In this document: piece by piece, positions 26,635-39,325 of the stretch
Numbering within the stretch: the first letter of the stretch is position 1
Layout: each line of letters opens with the position of its first letter
Assembly: GCA_964016885.1 (NCBI GenBank)
Contig: OZ024743.1
Coordinates: 8,060,001-8,124,000, forward strand
Direction: 5' to 3'
Length of the DNA stretch: 64,000 nt
DNA from: Eledone cirrhosa
Taxonomy: Eukaryota
Notes under the pieces: model-generated
Seen by the model: the letters and a program-made list of their open reading frames with translations, nothing else
Databases searched by the model: none
What the model was told of the DNA's origin: nothing
Position numbers and translations under genes: made by a program

Positions 26635-28200
26635 CTCATCAGGTGGTGAAGTAACTTTAAAGGGGTTTCAACTCCATCCACCGCACCACTAGAGCTACTT
26701 GGAGCCCTCCACTGATGTAGGTGACAAAACTCCTTCAACAAAATTTTATGAGTCTGATGTTGCAACTTTTGGCCAGATGTCTCAGAACAACATGAAATTT
26801 GATTGGCCTGACGTTATGACTCCACGCAAGGTGTCTCCATCCACCTCAATGTGTCAAGTGCACCATTCATCTTTCTTGAGCCAATATGCTTTCTGAGCTA
26901 TCTCTGATAATGTCTTTTCTTTTGCTGCCAGTCCAAGGTCCCTGAGCAGTGAGTCAACCCTGTTTCTGAAAAGTCCTCAGACACCTATCACTAAAGAGAA
27001 ACATGTTACTTACCAACAAATGGTTTCACAATGTTCAACTGGCTCACTGTATCTTCTGATTTTTCTGTCAAATGCATCATTGATGTCTGCTTCCTATTAG
27101 ATAGTAATCTTTACTGTCTTTACCACCTTCCTTTCATTGCATCACAAGATGATGTCAGGTCTCTTAGTGGTAAAAAGGGGGAAGTGGTATTTGCTGCCCA
27201 CATCAACCGAGACCTCCCACCCCCATTTGGGGCCAGTCTTCTTTCTTACAGATGCTGGCTTGCAGTCTTCTCAAAACTTACAAAACTTCATCATCTTATC
27301 TTCTCTTCCAATGCTCTAATCATCTGTTTATGTTCTTTAAATACAGAGGGCAATTAGACAGCATATGCCTCATTGTTTCAGCCTTCCCACATCTGTGCAG
27401 GCCACTTCTACTTTCCAACAGTTTAAGTTTGTGGGATTAGGAAGCATGTTATAGAAGGAACAAACCAAAAGGCTTGCTCTTACTGGCTCCTATAATCAAC
27501 GTTCCTTCTATTTGATTTTCTGCTCTACCACAAACTCTTCCCAAGACTGTTTCTGTTGGTCACATTGCACTAACGCCCCTCAGATACTTCTCACCTTTTC
27601 CTGATTCATGTTATAGAATGGTCTGAATTCAAAATTTCCAGGGCTGTTTCTATTGGTCAATTCAGGACCTACTGTGTCTTCATATCCGAGAGGCCACAAA
27701 ATATTCTGTTGCATCCTATTCCATACATTTTCTCCCAGTCATGAGTCTCGATGGGGATTATTGGATATCAACATTTGAATAGCACAGAGTCAGCACAGTT
27801 CACACCATATCACATTTGTACAGCTTGACTAATGATGTGATAGATAATTCTATCAGACCACCATTTCTGTACAGAGCCTTACTTGCAAAGGTTTGTAGCA
27901 ATCATAGCCACTTGCAAACATAGATATTACATTTCTACTTAATAATCTTAAGCTGTGTTAGTGTGACTTTACACAACATCAGTAACCACCACAGTCTTGG
28001 GTACAGTGCAAACTGCATACACTAGAGTTTGAAATTGCCTGGGAACAATATTTTGTTGAAAGTCTATCCTAGTTCATCTTTTGGATTTTAATTTCCTAAC
28101 TTCTATCGTTAAGTGACCTATAGTACAACCACCCCAATCTGTTCACAGACTTCTCAACTATCCTTGGTATGACCTCTCCTACAACCTTGTACTTCATTTC
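26635..28200 (-). mobile_element. Decayed HERO/NeSL-type non-LTR retrotransposon (restriction-like endonuclease)
   Basis: Minus-strand remnants VGEVIPRIVEKSVNRLGW, FPGNFKL*CMQFALYPRLWW, CFSLVIGV*GLF..SLLRDLG..LSEIAQKAYWL resemble HERO RT/RLE motifs as recalled. Confidence 0.65.
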
Positions 28201-28249
28201 TTTTTGCTTATATATATATATGGTGTGGCAAGTTATGAGCTAGTCAATT

Positions 28250-28800
28250 AGTACAGGATGGTGTTGTATCCAATGACTGATGCAGCATTATCATTCTAAA
28301 CTACAAGGATAAAGGAGATGCATTAGAGAAAAGTAACCACAGAGGCATCAAATTGATGGATCACGTCATGAAAGTTACTGAAAAGATTATAGCATAACTA
28401 ATAAGGGACAGACTTGTGAAGACCATGCAAGCCATGTATAAAGGTGCAACCAGCAAGTTGAGAGCTGACAATGAGTACAGTGATGAATTTGAAGTGCAGG
28501 TGGGGTCCACTAGGGCTCAGTCCTCACTCCACTTCTATTTATCATTGTCTTTCAGGCCATAACTAAGTTTAAAACTGAAACTCAATAGTGCTTATAGCTG
28601 AATCTATGGGAGTCTTGATAATTACCAAGTATGGAAGAAAAACTGTGTTGAAAGGCCAAAAATAAACTTAGCAAAGTCAAATGTCTTAATCAGTAGGGAA
28701 GAAGGAAATAGGTCAGAAAGCAGTTACCATGAAGGAAGTGGTTTTGTTCAAATTGTCAAAAAAGAGTGGGCAGAAATTCCATAAGGTGCACTGGGTGTAC
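28250..28800 (+). mobile_element. Highly decayed RTE RT fragment
   Basis: Reads YKDKGDALEKSNHRGIKLMDHVMKV and GSVLTPLLFIIVFQAI. Confidence 0.75.
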
Positions 28801-29006
28801 CTTATGTAGAGAAAAAAATAGGTTTTGGAACTGCTGCCTTAAACTTTTTGATATCAACCTGCCCCAAACCACTGTTCCTGCCTGTGTTTTTCCCGCAGAC
28901 ATCAACTTGAGGTAACTTTTCAAGAGGAACATTAACAACATTGATATCAGCAGTCTTGCAGGGCCTGTGAAGGCTTTTGGCCCAGCCCTTTTCTTTAGAT
29001 TGATTC

Positions 29007-29044
<38 letters not shown>

Positions 29045-29669
29045 ATTATATTAATTTAATGCTTAAAATAATAAAAGTCTTAAAATGTTGGATGCTAGTT
29101 TTTCTTCAGAAAGGAAAGCACAGAAAAAAAGAAGATTATTTTGGACATTAATGATATTGTAAAGTTTGTTGGTATCACAAAAAAGCATCCAACCTACACT
29201 GTAAGGTGATCATGTAGGAGTCACGACAAAAAACACCCAGCACACGCTGTAAAGTGGTCGTGTAGGAGTCACAACAAAAAGCACCCAGCACACATTGTAA
29301 ATGTGGTTGTCGTTACAAAGGGCATCCAGCTGTAGAAAACCAGCCAGAAACAGTTCTATATGAGCAAGACATGGTCACCTGACCCAACTTGCCTCTTTTA
29401 TGAGACAACCCGTCTAACTCATGTTAGCATGGAAAATGGATGTTAAATGATGATGATGATAATATATATATATATATATATGTATACAATGACTTAGCCA
29501 TACGATAAATGTTGCTACAAAATGTTAGAAAACTCATTTGTAAAGTGGTACTGTTGGTGCTACGATAAGATATACCCTGTACATCCTGCTAAGTGGTTGA
29601 CATCCAGCTGAGGAAATTATGCTAAAGTATGAAATGTGTGAGCAAGACCTGGACCTTGATGCATCTAAC

Positions 29670-31446
29670 CCAGAGGTTCTCAAACATTTGGGGCCACGTA
29701 ATACCCTCAATGCCCCAACCCCTATTTCCAGAGAGACCTGCCTACATGCAAATTGTAAATAATATGTAATAAATGAAATTGTTAATTTATATGGAGGCAC
29801 ATGGCTTAGTGGTTAGAGCATTGGCCTTGCAATCGAAAGGTTGTGAGTTCAATTCTTAGGCTGGGTGATGTGTTGTTTCCTTGAGCAAGACACTTTATTT
29901 CACATTGCTCCAGTTTACTCAGCTGTAGAAATGAGATGATAGTGACTGGGGTCCATATCATTCCACTGTAAAGTGGTCATGGAGGTGCCACGGCAAAAAA
30001 GCACCCAGCACTCACTGTAAATGAGGTTGGTGTTAGGAAGGGCATCCAGCTGTAAAAATCAAGCCAGAATCAGTTCCCGTCCCACCCTTGCAAGCAGGGA
30101 AAAGCGGACGTAAAATGAAATGAAATGAAATAATATACTATGTATAAATAAATATATATTTTTATTTCACTGCGCAGAGTGTAGGAAAGGCGAAGGTAGA
30201 AATTCCATTTTGTGTCCCAAATGCAAAGTTTGGGTGCATAAAAGATGTAGTGGGATCACAGGTAAGCTAACTAAGAACAGATTTTACATGTGGCCGGTGT
30301 TCTGGGGAAATAAGTAGCAGCAAGTGCCCACAAAATACTAGCTCTTTCAACTGCGCAGAGGGTTCTATAGAAATAGTGGACAGCTTCCGTTACCTGGGTG
30401 ACAATATCAGCAGTGGGGGAGGGTGCTCTGAAAGTACAGTAGCTAGAGTCAGAACTGGGTGGAAAAAGTTCAGAGAGCTTATACCACTATTAGCCGCTAA
30501 AGGGTTCTCCCTAAAAATGAAAGGCAGGCTGTACGATGCCTGCATACGAACAGCAATGTTGCATGGCAGTGAGACCTGGGCATTGTGTGCAGAGGATATA
30601 CGCAGACTAGAGAGAAACGAAGCTTGCATGCTCTGCTGGATGTGTAATAGTAATATACGTGAACGACAAAGCATAAACGAACTTAGGAAAAAATTAGAAA
30701 TAAGAGGGATCAGATGTTGTTTACTAGAGAGAAGGCTACGTTGGTATGGTCACGTGATGCGCATGAAGGACGATAGCTGTATAACAAAGTGCAGGGCAAT
30801 AAAGATAGACGGTAGCCACTGAATAGGCAGACCCAGAAAAACCTGGGACGAGCTGATAAACTCCGACCTCACACACTTACACCTCACCAAGACAATGTCA
30901 CTGGACCGAGACCTTTGGCGGTACTCAGTAATAGAGAAGACCCGCCTTACCTAAATACAAAGTAAAACCTACTACAGTCAGTAGGCATCTCTAACAAAAT
31001 ACACCCCCACCCCATCCACACCGCCCCCTTCTATGTAAAGTTATGTTGGTGCCACACCATCCAGGCCGAAACAAATGAGATCGTGTAGGTGTCACGACAA
31101 AAAAAAACACAGTCCACGCTGTAAATGTGGCCGTGGAGGCAACACGGTAAAAACCTCCCAGACCCACACTGTAAATGTGGTTGGTGTTAGGAAGGGCATC
31201 CAACTGTAGAAAACCTGCCAGACAGTCCTATGCGAGCAAGACAATCACTCTTGCCTCAAGTGGGAATACCCCCGTCCAAACCCATGCAAGCGTGGAACAC
31301 GGACGTTAAACGTTCATGATGATGATGATATATAATATGATTCATTTAATATTTAATGTACTATTATATCATCTTTATCGACCCCAGTGACCTCCGGAAC
31401 CTTCTCAATGCCCCCAGGGGGCAGTAGCACCCACATTGAAAACCTG
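29670..31446. mobile_element. hAT-like MITE split by nested SINEs and an RTE fragment
   Basis: CAGAGGTTCTCAA ... TTGAAAACCTG ends; flanks ATCTAACC / ATCTAATC. Confidence 0.55.
30179..31329 (+). mobile_element. RTE LINE 3' fragment, same family as 33826-36060
   Basis: ORF 30376-30822 nearly identical to the C-terminus of the 553-aa ORF; same 3' UTR; (GAT)n tail. Confidence 0.92.
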
Positions 31447-32569
31447 ATCTAATCCATAGCAGCATAGAATGCAGACATAAAAATGATGATATGGTATGTT
31501 GCTCTAAATAAGCCTTGATTAAACAGACTCATGAGTAAAAGAATTCCAATCAGAGCAATCCTGTCATTTTACCAAGCATAGTGCACCCAGGACCCCATTA
31601 TACATTCTTTCATTTTTTTATGACTGGTACTACCAAGAGCAGTGCCCCAGCATGGCCTCAGCCAGATAGTTGGAACAGTTAAAAGAGTATATATTATGGA
31701 TGAATTATTTTGTGAATAGTAGTGTCATTGGTTTTAGGTTTCATATAGCCAATCATGGGCTCACTGTAATTGTAATGGCAAGAGAGATAAGGAAATACCT
31801 GAGATGGATAGAATATATGTCATTAGGTATTTATGGTCAAGTGCATTAGTTTATTGGTTTTCTCACTGATGTGTACATTTTTTTAAAACATACAGAATGG
31901 GCAATTTAAACTAATTGTTCTCAAAATAAATTTGTTCTCAAAATTTTCAAAATTTAAATATGCTTGCCCAACACTACAATATATCTTCTGATTTCATCAG
32001 TGCATTATTTCATTCTCTGTCCTATTTAGTTTAGATTAAACAGAGCCTTCTATAATAATTTTCCACCCTCATAATTACAATTGGGAAAATGTTTTGTTTG
32101 AATTTTTCCACTGAAACAAAAAGTCTGCTTGAAAACTTTTAGTTTGTCACTAAGTATCCATTGTTTGTAGTTCTCATAGAATTTAGATAGATGAACCTCT
32201 GTTGATTTTTGCATCTTGTGGTTCCAGGTTTGATTCCACTGAGACTAGTCAGCGAAAGAGTAGAACATATATGATTTCCTGGAGACTTGATCTGGTTTGC
32301 AGTGGAGTGGACTTCACTAAGGTCCCAAAGGCCAAGAGGTAGTGAACTACTTTAGAAAAGTTACTGTCTTCCTGCACAATTTACAACTATTCAATTTAAC
32401 TCGAATTATGGAATAAAATACTTATCCTAAGTGTCATGTGGTAGGATAAAACCTTGAACTATGAAATTACATGGTTCTCTAGTAAACTATGTAAAATATT
32501 TCCTTGCATTTCAAGGTTTTTAACCATTTTGATACCCAAAATCACCTCTGATTCTATGAAACGAAACAG

Positions 32570-33010
32570 CCCCTCTTCTTCTTTGCCCACTTATTCCTGA
32601 GAGGGTCATGGGGCAGAGTCATCAAACACTACTTCCAGCAGGTCCTGTCAAGCAACCATCTCCAACTGATCTGGCTGAATCCCCAAGTGAGACCAGCCAA
32701 GCTCATGGATATTATCCAACCATCTTGCCTGGGGTCTACTGTTGGTTGGTTTTTGCCCATAATATCTGTCCAGTGATTCTTTCCTGAGACATTCTAACCA
32801 CATGTCCATCATATTGGAGCTGTGATCTCTCAATTTGGAGAAGTAGCAGCTCTATCTGGAGTGACTCTGACCTCCGAACTACGCACTCTACTGAGTAACA
32901 TTACTCCAAAGACCCTTCGAAGGAACCCCATTTCAGCTACTTGTATTCGTGATTGTATTTTTTCGGTCATTATCCAAGATTCATGACCATAGGTAAGGGT
33001 TGGCACGATA
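32570..33010 (-). mobile_element. Decayed RTE-like LINE 3' end of another family (relatives at about 41025-41425 - and 41530-41760 +)
   Basis: Minus-strand PTLTYGHESWIMTEKIQSRIQVAEMGFLRRV; tail shared with 41025-41240. Confidence 0.7.
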
Positions 33011-33825
33011 CTGAATTAAGATAGTATTTGTAACATGAGGTTCTAATGTCAAATTATATTAGAAGATTTTAATTTAAATATGACTTTTGTTGTAAAAGCC
33101 AATAAAACAACCCATATTTAAATTTAAATCTTCCAATATATTTGATATAAGAATCTTATATTACAAATACTATCTTAATGAAATAATTATTTTAGTAAAT
33201 AGCTCCAGATTCTCCATTAATGAATTCAAATACAGTGTAATTTATTATAAATATGACATTGAAAGGGTTAATAGGTTCCCATTAGCTATAGTTTGGCGAT
33301 AAAGGAGAATCAGGCATGAACAATAAAGGCAGCTATATTATTATGCTATGTTATAGTCTACATTTCTTGTGTGATACATGCTTTGTATGACATATCCTGG
33401 AATGTTGCAGTGTGAGTTAACCCTTTAGCATTTCATTACTCTATATTTACTATTATATTGTTGTAGTGCACTTACACAATAATTTATTATTATGTTTTCA
33501 TGGTAAAGGCTTTACCTCACTTAATATCGAATCTATGAGATTTTGATATTTATTTTGGGAACCATACCTTAACATCAGTATGAGTGGCTGGTTACAGCAG
33601 GTTTGAAAAGGAGGAGGTGAGAGAATCCTTGCCGGATATGGCCAGTTTAAAAGCTAAAGGGTGAAGTAAACTTGTCTGACCAGCTTCTCAGTTTATTCTT
33701 CATTGGACAACTTGATCTTTCAGATGTATTATACTGAAATGCATGTAGCTCTTGCATCCTAAGAGTTATTTAACATTTACACATAGCTAATTGAAGGATA
33801 TATGTCATTGTTTTGTAGAAGTGGT

Positions 33826-36060
33826 CATCATCATCATCATCATCAGGTTTAGCGTCCGTGTTCCACGCTTGCATGGGTTTGGACGGGGGTTTTCCCACTT
33901 GAGGCAAGAGTGGTTGTCTTGCTCGCATAGGACTGTCTGGCGGGTTTTCTACAGTTGGATGCCCTTCCTAACACCAACCACATTTACAGTGTGGGGCTGG
34001 GAGGTTTTTACCGTGTTGCCTACACGGCCACATTACAGCGTGGACTGTCTGGCGGGTTTTCTACAGCTGGATGCCCTTCCTAACACCAACCACATTTACA
34101 GTGTGGGGCTGGGAGGTTTTTACCGTGTTGCCTACACGGCCACATTTACAGCGTGGACTGTGTGTTTTTTTGTCATGACACCTACACGATCTCATTTGTT
34201 TCGGCCTGGATGTTGTGGGACCAACATAACTGTACATTGAAAGGGGCGGTGTGGATGGGGTGGAGGTGGTGGGACGGGGGGGGGGGGGGGTGTTTTGACA
34301 GAGATGCCTACTGACTGTAGTAGGTTTTTACTTTGTATTTAGGTAAGGCGGGTCTTCTCTATTACTGAGTACCGCCAAAGGTCTCGGTCCAGTGACATTG
34401 TCTTGGAGAGGTGTAAGCGTGTGAGGTCGGAATTTATCACCTCGTCCCATGTTTTTCTGGGCCTGCCTACTCCGTGGCTACCGTCTATCTTTATTGCCCT
34501 GCACTTTGTTATACAGCTGTCGTCTTTCATGCGCATCACGTGACCGTACCAACGTAGCCTTCTCTCGAGTAAACAACATCTGATCCCTCTTATTTCTAAT
34601 TTTTTCCTTAGTTCGTTTATGCTTTGCCATTCACGTATATTACTATTGCACATCCAGCGGAGCATGCAAGCTTCGTTCCTCTCTAGTCTGCGTATATCCT
34701 CTGCACACAATGCCCAGGTCTCGCTGCCATGCAGCATTGCTGTTCGTATGCAGGCATCGTATAACCTGCCTTTCATTTTTAGGGAGAACCCTCTAGCGGC
34801 TAATAGTGGTATAAGCTCTCTGAACTTTTTCCATCCAGTTCTGACTCTAGCTACTGTACTTTCAGAGCACCCTCCCCCACTGCTGATTTTGTCACCCAGG
34901 TAACGGAAGCTGTCCACTATTTCTATAGAACCCTCTGCGCAGTTGAAGGAGCTAGTATTTTGTGGGCACTTGCTGCTACTTATTGCACCAGAGCACCGGC
35001 CACATGTAAAATCTATGTTCTTAGTTAGCTTACCTGTGATCCCACTACATCTTTTATGCACCCATACTTTGCATTTGGGACATAAAATGGAGTTTCTACC
35101 TACGCCTTTCCTACACACTGAGCATGGCCATTTCCCAGATGGGACTGCCGCCATATTTTCTTTCCTACAAACTAGAACTTTTGTCTTAGCCAGGTTAATT
35201 TTAAGGCCTTTTGATTCTAGGCCGTGCTTCCATGTTTGGAATTTCTTCTCTAGTTCGGTCATTGATTCAGCTATGAGCGTTAGATCATCTGCGTATAGGA
35301 GTTCCCATGGGCAGCCGGTCTTGAACTCCTCTGTTATAGCCTGAAGGGCAATAATAAATAGTAGGGGGCTAAGAACAGAGCCCTGATGGACACCAACTTT
35401 TACGCTAAACTCTTCACTATATTCGTTGTTAATTCTAACCTTACTGACTGTTTCTTTATACATGGCTTGTATAGCTCTCACAAGCCATTCGTCAACACCT
35501 AGTTTTCTAAGAGACCACCAGATAATGGAACGGGGGACTCTGTCGAAGGCTTTCTCCAAGTCGACGAAAGCTAAGTATAGGGGTTTACTTTTAGCTAGGT
35601 ACTTCTCCTGTAGTTGTCGTACAATGAAAAGAGCGACTGTGGTACTTTTGCCTGACACAAACCCAAACTGCATTTCATCTAGATCAATTCTCTCTCTGAT
35701 TAGTTGCGCTATTACTTTTTCCGTGACCTTCATGACCTGGTCGATTAATTTAATGCCTCTATAGTTACTCCTATCTAGGGCATCTCCTTTTCCCTTATAG
35801 CAATTAACGATGATGCTGCTACGCCAGTCCTTCGGAACAACCCCATTCTGTATGACTTGGTTAACTATCCGGGTGACCATGGTGTGTCCCACCGAACCAG
35901 ATGCCTTCAGCATTTCAGCAACTATTTCCGAAGGACCAGCCGCCTTACCCGTCTTCATATCTTTGATTGCCTTGCTTATTGTACTACCCTGGACTAACAC
36001 TGCTGGTCCCTCTATTGGGTCGATGTGGGGGAGACTGTCTTTCTCCCATTTGTTCTCCTG
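33826..36060 (-). mobile_element. RTE-clade LINE, 5'-truncated, with 3' UTR and (GAT)n tail
   Basis: Open 553-aa RT ORF 34339-36000 (AFVDLEKAFDRV, GVHQGSVLSPLLF, LLYADD, internal Cys/His finger, RRLRWYGHV, GRPRKTW); (CAT)n at 33826-33845; possible GTGGT target duplication. Confidence 0.95.
34339..36000 (-). CDS. RTE LINE reverse transcriptase, lacking the N-terminal endonuclease
   Basis: Uninterrupted ORF with all RT motifs. Confidence 0.85.
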   Translation of the reverse strand: MLVQGSTISKAIKDMKTGKAAGPSEIVAEMLKASGSVGHTMVTRIVNQVIQNGVVPKDWRSSIIVNCYKGKGDALDRSNYRGIKLIDQVMKVTEKVIAQLIRERIDLDEMQFGFVSGKSTTVALFIVRQLQEKYLAKSKPLYLAFVDLEKAFDRVPRSIIWWSLRKLGVDEWLVRAIQAMYKETVSKVRINNEYSEEFSVKVGVHQGSVLSPLLFIIALQAITEEFKTGCPWELLYADDLTLIAESMTELEKKFQTWKHGLESKGLKINLAKTKVLVCRKENMAAVPSGKWPCSVCRKGVGRNSILCPKCKVWVHKRCSGITGKLTKNIDFTCGRCSGAISSSKCPQNTSSFNCAEGSIEIVDSFRYLGDKISSGGGCSESTVARVRTGWKKFRELIPLLAARGFSLKMKGRLYDACIRTAMLHGSETWALCAEDIRRLERNEACMLRWMCNSNIREWQSINELRKKLEIRGIRCCLLERRLRWYGHVMRMKDDSCITKCRAIKIDGSHGVGRPRKTWDEVINSDLTRLHLSKTMSLDRDLWRYSVIEKTRLT

Positions 36061-36116
36061 TGGTACACACTTATATTTATTTCAGAAGACTACTGGTAAG
36101 TGAATTGATATATATA

Positions 36117-37002
36117 CGAGGTGTGTCAGAAAAGTTCCAGGACTGATGTCACAAAAGATTTATTTCAAGCCCAAACTTCACACTAAGAGTTTTCTCCTTC
36201 AAAGTAATCCCCCCGGAGTCTAATGCACTTTTCCATCCTTTTCTGTCACGCTTGCATGCACTCCTGGAAGGATTCTTCTGGGATCCTCCACAGTTCCGTC
36301 GTCACGGCCTTTTTGATGTCATCCACGACTTCAAAACGGGTCCCCTCCGGGTCGTACTCGAAGATCCATGACTCATCACCGGTAATGGCTGTCCCCAATA
36401 AGTATGGTTCGGTTTCAAGACGCTCGAGGATGTCCTGGCACACTTGCATGCGTCGACCCTTCTGGTCATCATTCAGCAGTTTTGGCACCATCTTCGCGCA
36501 GACTTTCCGCATGTCCAAATCTTCAGTGAGAATCTTCCAGATGCTATCCTGATTCATGCCCAGCTCCTTTGCCATCAGTCGAACAGTCAGCCGACGATCG
36601 CTACGCACCATCTGCCTGACGCGCTCAACGTTGACCTCAGTCCTGGTTGTTGAGGGCCTTCTGCTCCTGAGGTCATCTTGCACCACTCAAAAACACGTGA
36701 GCGTGACATCGTCTCATCTCCATACACTTGCTGCAGCAATCCCAGTGCTTCTGATGGAGTTTTCCCCAACCGTACCAGAAACTTCAAGTTTGTTCGTTGC
36801 TCTGTGCTCATTGCTTGACGACCTGAAACAGAGAACATGTATATAAAATTATGAAGAAAAAGGTTTGATTGCTGCAGAGAGCTAAGATTACAGTTACATA
36901 CTCCAGGGGGATTACTTTGAAGGAGAAAACTCTTGGTGTGAAGTTTGGGTTTGAAATAAATCTTTTGTGACATCAGTCCTAGAACTTTTCTGACACACCT
37001 TG
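36117..37002 (-). mobile_element. Internally deleted mariner element with about 103-bp inverted ends
   Basis: TA on both sides; transposase pieces 'EQRTNLKFLVRLGK', 'KVCAKMVPKLL', 'ITGDESWIFEYDPE', 'GDYFEG'; second and third catalytic Asp regions deleted. Confidence 0.93.
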
Positions 37003-37772
37003 TATATATATATATATATATATATAATCATCATCATCGTTTGACGTTTATCTTCCACGCTAGCATGGGTTTAGACAGTATATATATATATATATAGTGA
37101 TAGAGTGAAGAATAACATGGTCAGCTGCACAAAAAGGATTTTATTTACAGTATTAACAATTGTTTCATGGACCAGATGAGTCTAAAGGCCGCTGATCACT
37201 CGAACCTCTAACTGGATTACCTAAAAAGATAACTTGTTATCCCATATATATATACAAGTCTTTCAATAATTTATGTTGCTTTTCTGGTGGTCATGTTGAT
37301 TGATGAATAGTAGTGAATATCTGTTTTCATATTTCAACTAAAGTCCCCAGCATCATTTACTCATGCTCATAGAGCGTCACATAATTCTAAGGATTCATAT
37401 TTGTGTATGAAGTCAATATTAACCATGTTTATTTTAAAGTGTGTATATTTAACTAAATAACTTCCATCATAATTTTCAACAACTGAGAAATTTAGTTATA
37501 TTACTAAGTACATACAATGTCTTCATTATTTGACAATCATAGGCAATCTTTCATTTGAAATATGATAATGAAAGGGTTAAAGAACTAACAAATTACTTGA
37601 CTAGGCTATGTTAAATTACATAGTTGATTCTGTTAAACCCTAGTTCAGCTCTTATTCAGTTGATGTATGATCAAAAGCATTCCAAGCTTGATAATTCCAC
37701 CTTTTCTCTGGCCATTTCAACATTATCCTAAATACCATTCTTTTTCATTATTTTATGACTGCGATGTGATAT

Positions 37773-39254
37773 AAGGAGAGGAGCAATTATAGGGGTATAA
37801 AACTGATGGATCAGGTTATGAAAATGGCAGAAAGGATATTAGCACAACTAATTAGAGAAAGGGTCAAACTAGATGAGATGCAGTTTGGTTTTGTGCCTGG
37901 CAAGAGTACAACAGATGCCCTCTTCTTGATGAGACAATTGCAAGAGAGGTTCTTAGAGAAAAATAAGCCACTATACTTAGCCTTTGTTGACCTAGAGAAG
38001 GTCTTTGATAGGGTACCCCGATCTGTCATCTGGTGGTCCCTAAGGAAACTTGGTGTTGAGGAAGGGCCTGTGAGGACAGTGCAAACTTTGTACAGAGATA
38101 CTCTCAGTAAAGTCAGGGTAAGAATGGAGTTTAGTGAGGAATTCCAGATACAATTAGGAGTACATCAAGGTTTGGTCCTCAGCCCGCTCTTGTTCATTAT
38201 AGTCCTCCAAGCCATAACAGAGGAGTTTAAGACTGGCTGTCCATGGGAACTTCTCTATGCTGACGATCTGGTTCTTATAGCAGAATCAGTAGAGGAGCTA
38301 GAGAATAAATTCTGGCTATGGAAACAGCAGTTGGAAGCAAGAGGACTGAGAGTGAACCTAGCTAAGACAAAAGTGTTGAGTAGAAAAGAGGACAAAACTC
38401 TGATTCCGTCAGGGAAATGGCCATGTTCGATATGCAGAAAAGGAACTGGCATAAATTCTATAAAATGCACACAATGCAGATCCTGGGTACACAAGAGATG
38501 TAGTGGGATAGCAGGCAAACTAACAGGTAGGGAGAAATATGTATGCAGTAGATGTACAGGGAAATTAGACAGTAGAAGTCGCATTGATAGACACATTTTT
38601 CAAATGCAGGAGGGTGCTATAGAAGTGGTGGATAGCTTCCGGTACCTAGGAGATCAGATTAGCATGGGAGGGGGGGTGTTCCGAGGCCATAGTATCAAGA
38701 ATAAGGACGGGTTGGAAGAAGTTTAGGGAGCTGCTTCCTCTGCTGACGAAGAAGGGTTTCTCCCTGCGTACGAAAGGCCGATTATATGATGCCTGTGTGA
38801 GGAGCGCGATGCTGCATGGTAGTGAGACATGGGCAGCAACTGCAGAGGATATGCAATGGCTGGAGAGAAATGAGGCAAGCATGCTCCATTGGATGTGCAG
38901 TGTAAATGTGCGTGAACGACACAGCATGAATGTGTTGAGAGAGAAACTGTGTCTGAGAGGGATAGAATGCAGTGTACGGGAGAGGAGACTGAGGTGGTAT
39001 GGACATGTGATGCGCATGGAGGATGACCGATGGGTGAAGAAGTGCCAGGAAATGCCTGTTGAAGGAAGACGTGGTAGAGGTAGACCACGAAAAACATGGG
39101 CGGGAGTGGTGAGAACAGACCTCAGATCGTTGAAGCTCACGGTGGAGATGACGAAGGACCGTGACGAGTGGAGAGATGCTGTGCTGAATAAGACCCGTCC
39201 CACTCTTGCAAGCAGGGAAGAGCGGACGTAAAATGATGATGATGATGATGATGA
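37773..39254 (+). mobile_element. RTE LINE, second subfamily, 5'-truncated and frameshifted
   Basis: ORFs 37806-38726 and 38797-39231 with RT motifs; frameshift in the G-run near 38670; (GAT)n tail directly after the stop. Confidence 0.93.
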
Positions 39255-39325
39255 TATATACATATTCATGAATGGTTATATATGTATAGACGCACATACA
39301 CACACACACATATATATATATATAT

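Noticed and set aside
26633-26695. GAAA...CTGATGA on the minus strand in the HERO-like 3' region as a type II hammerhead
   Set aside because: Stems I and III cannot be formed convincingly.
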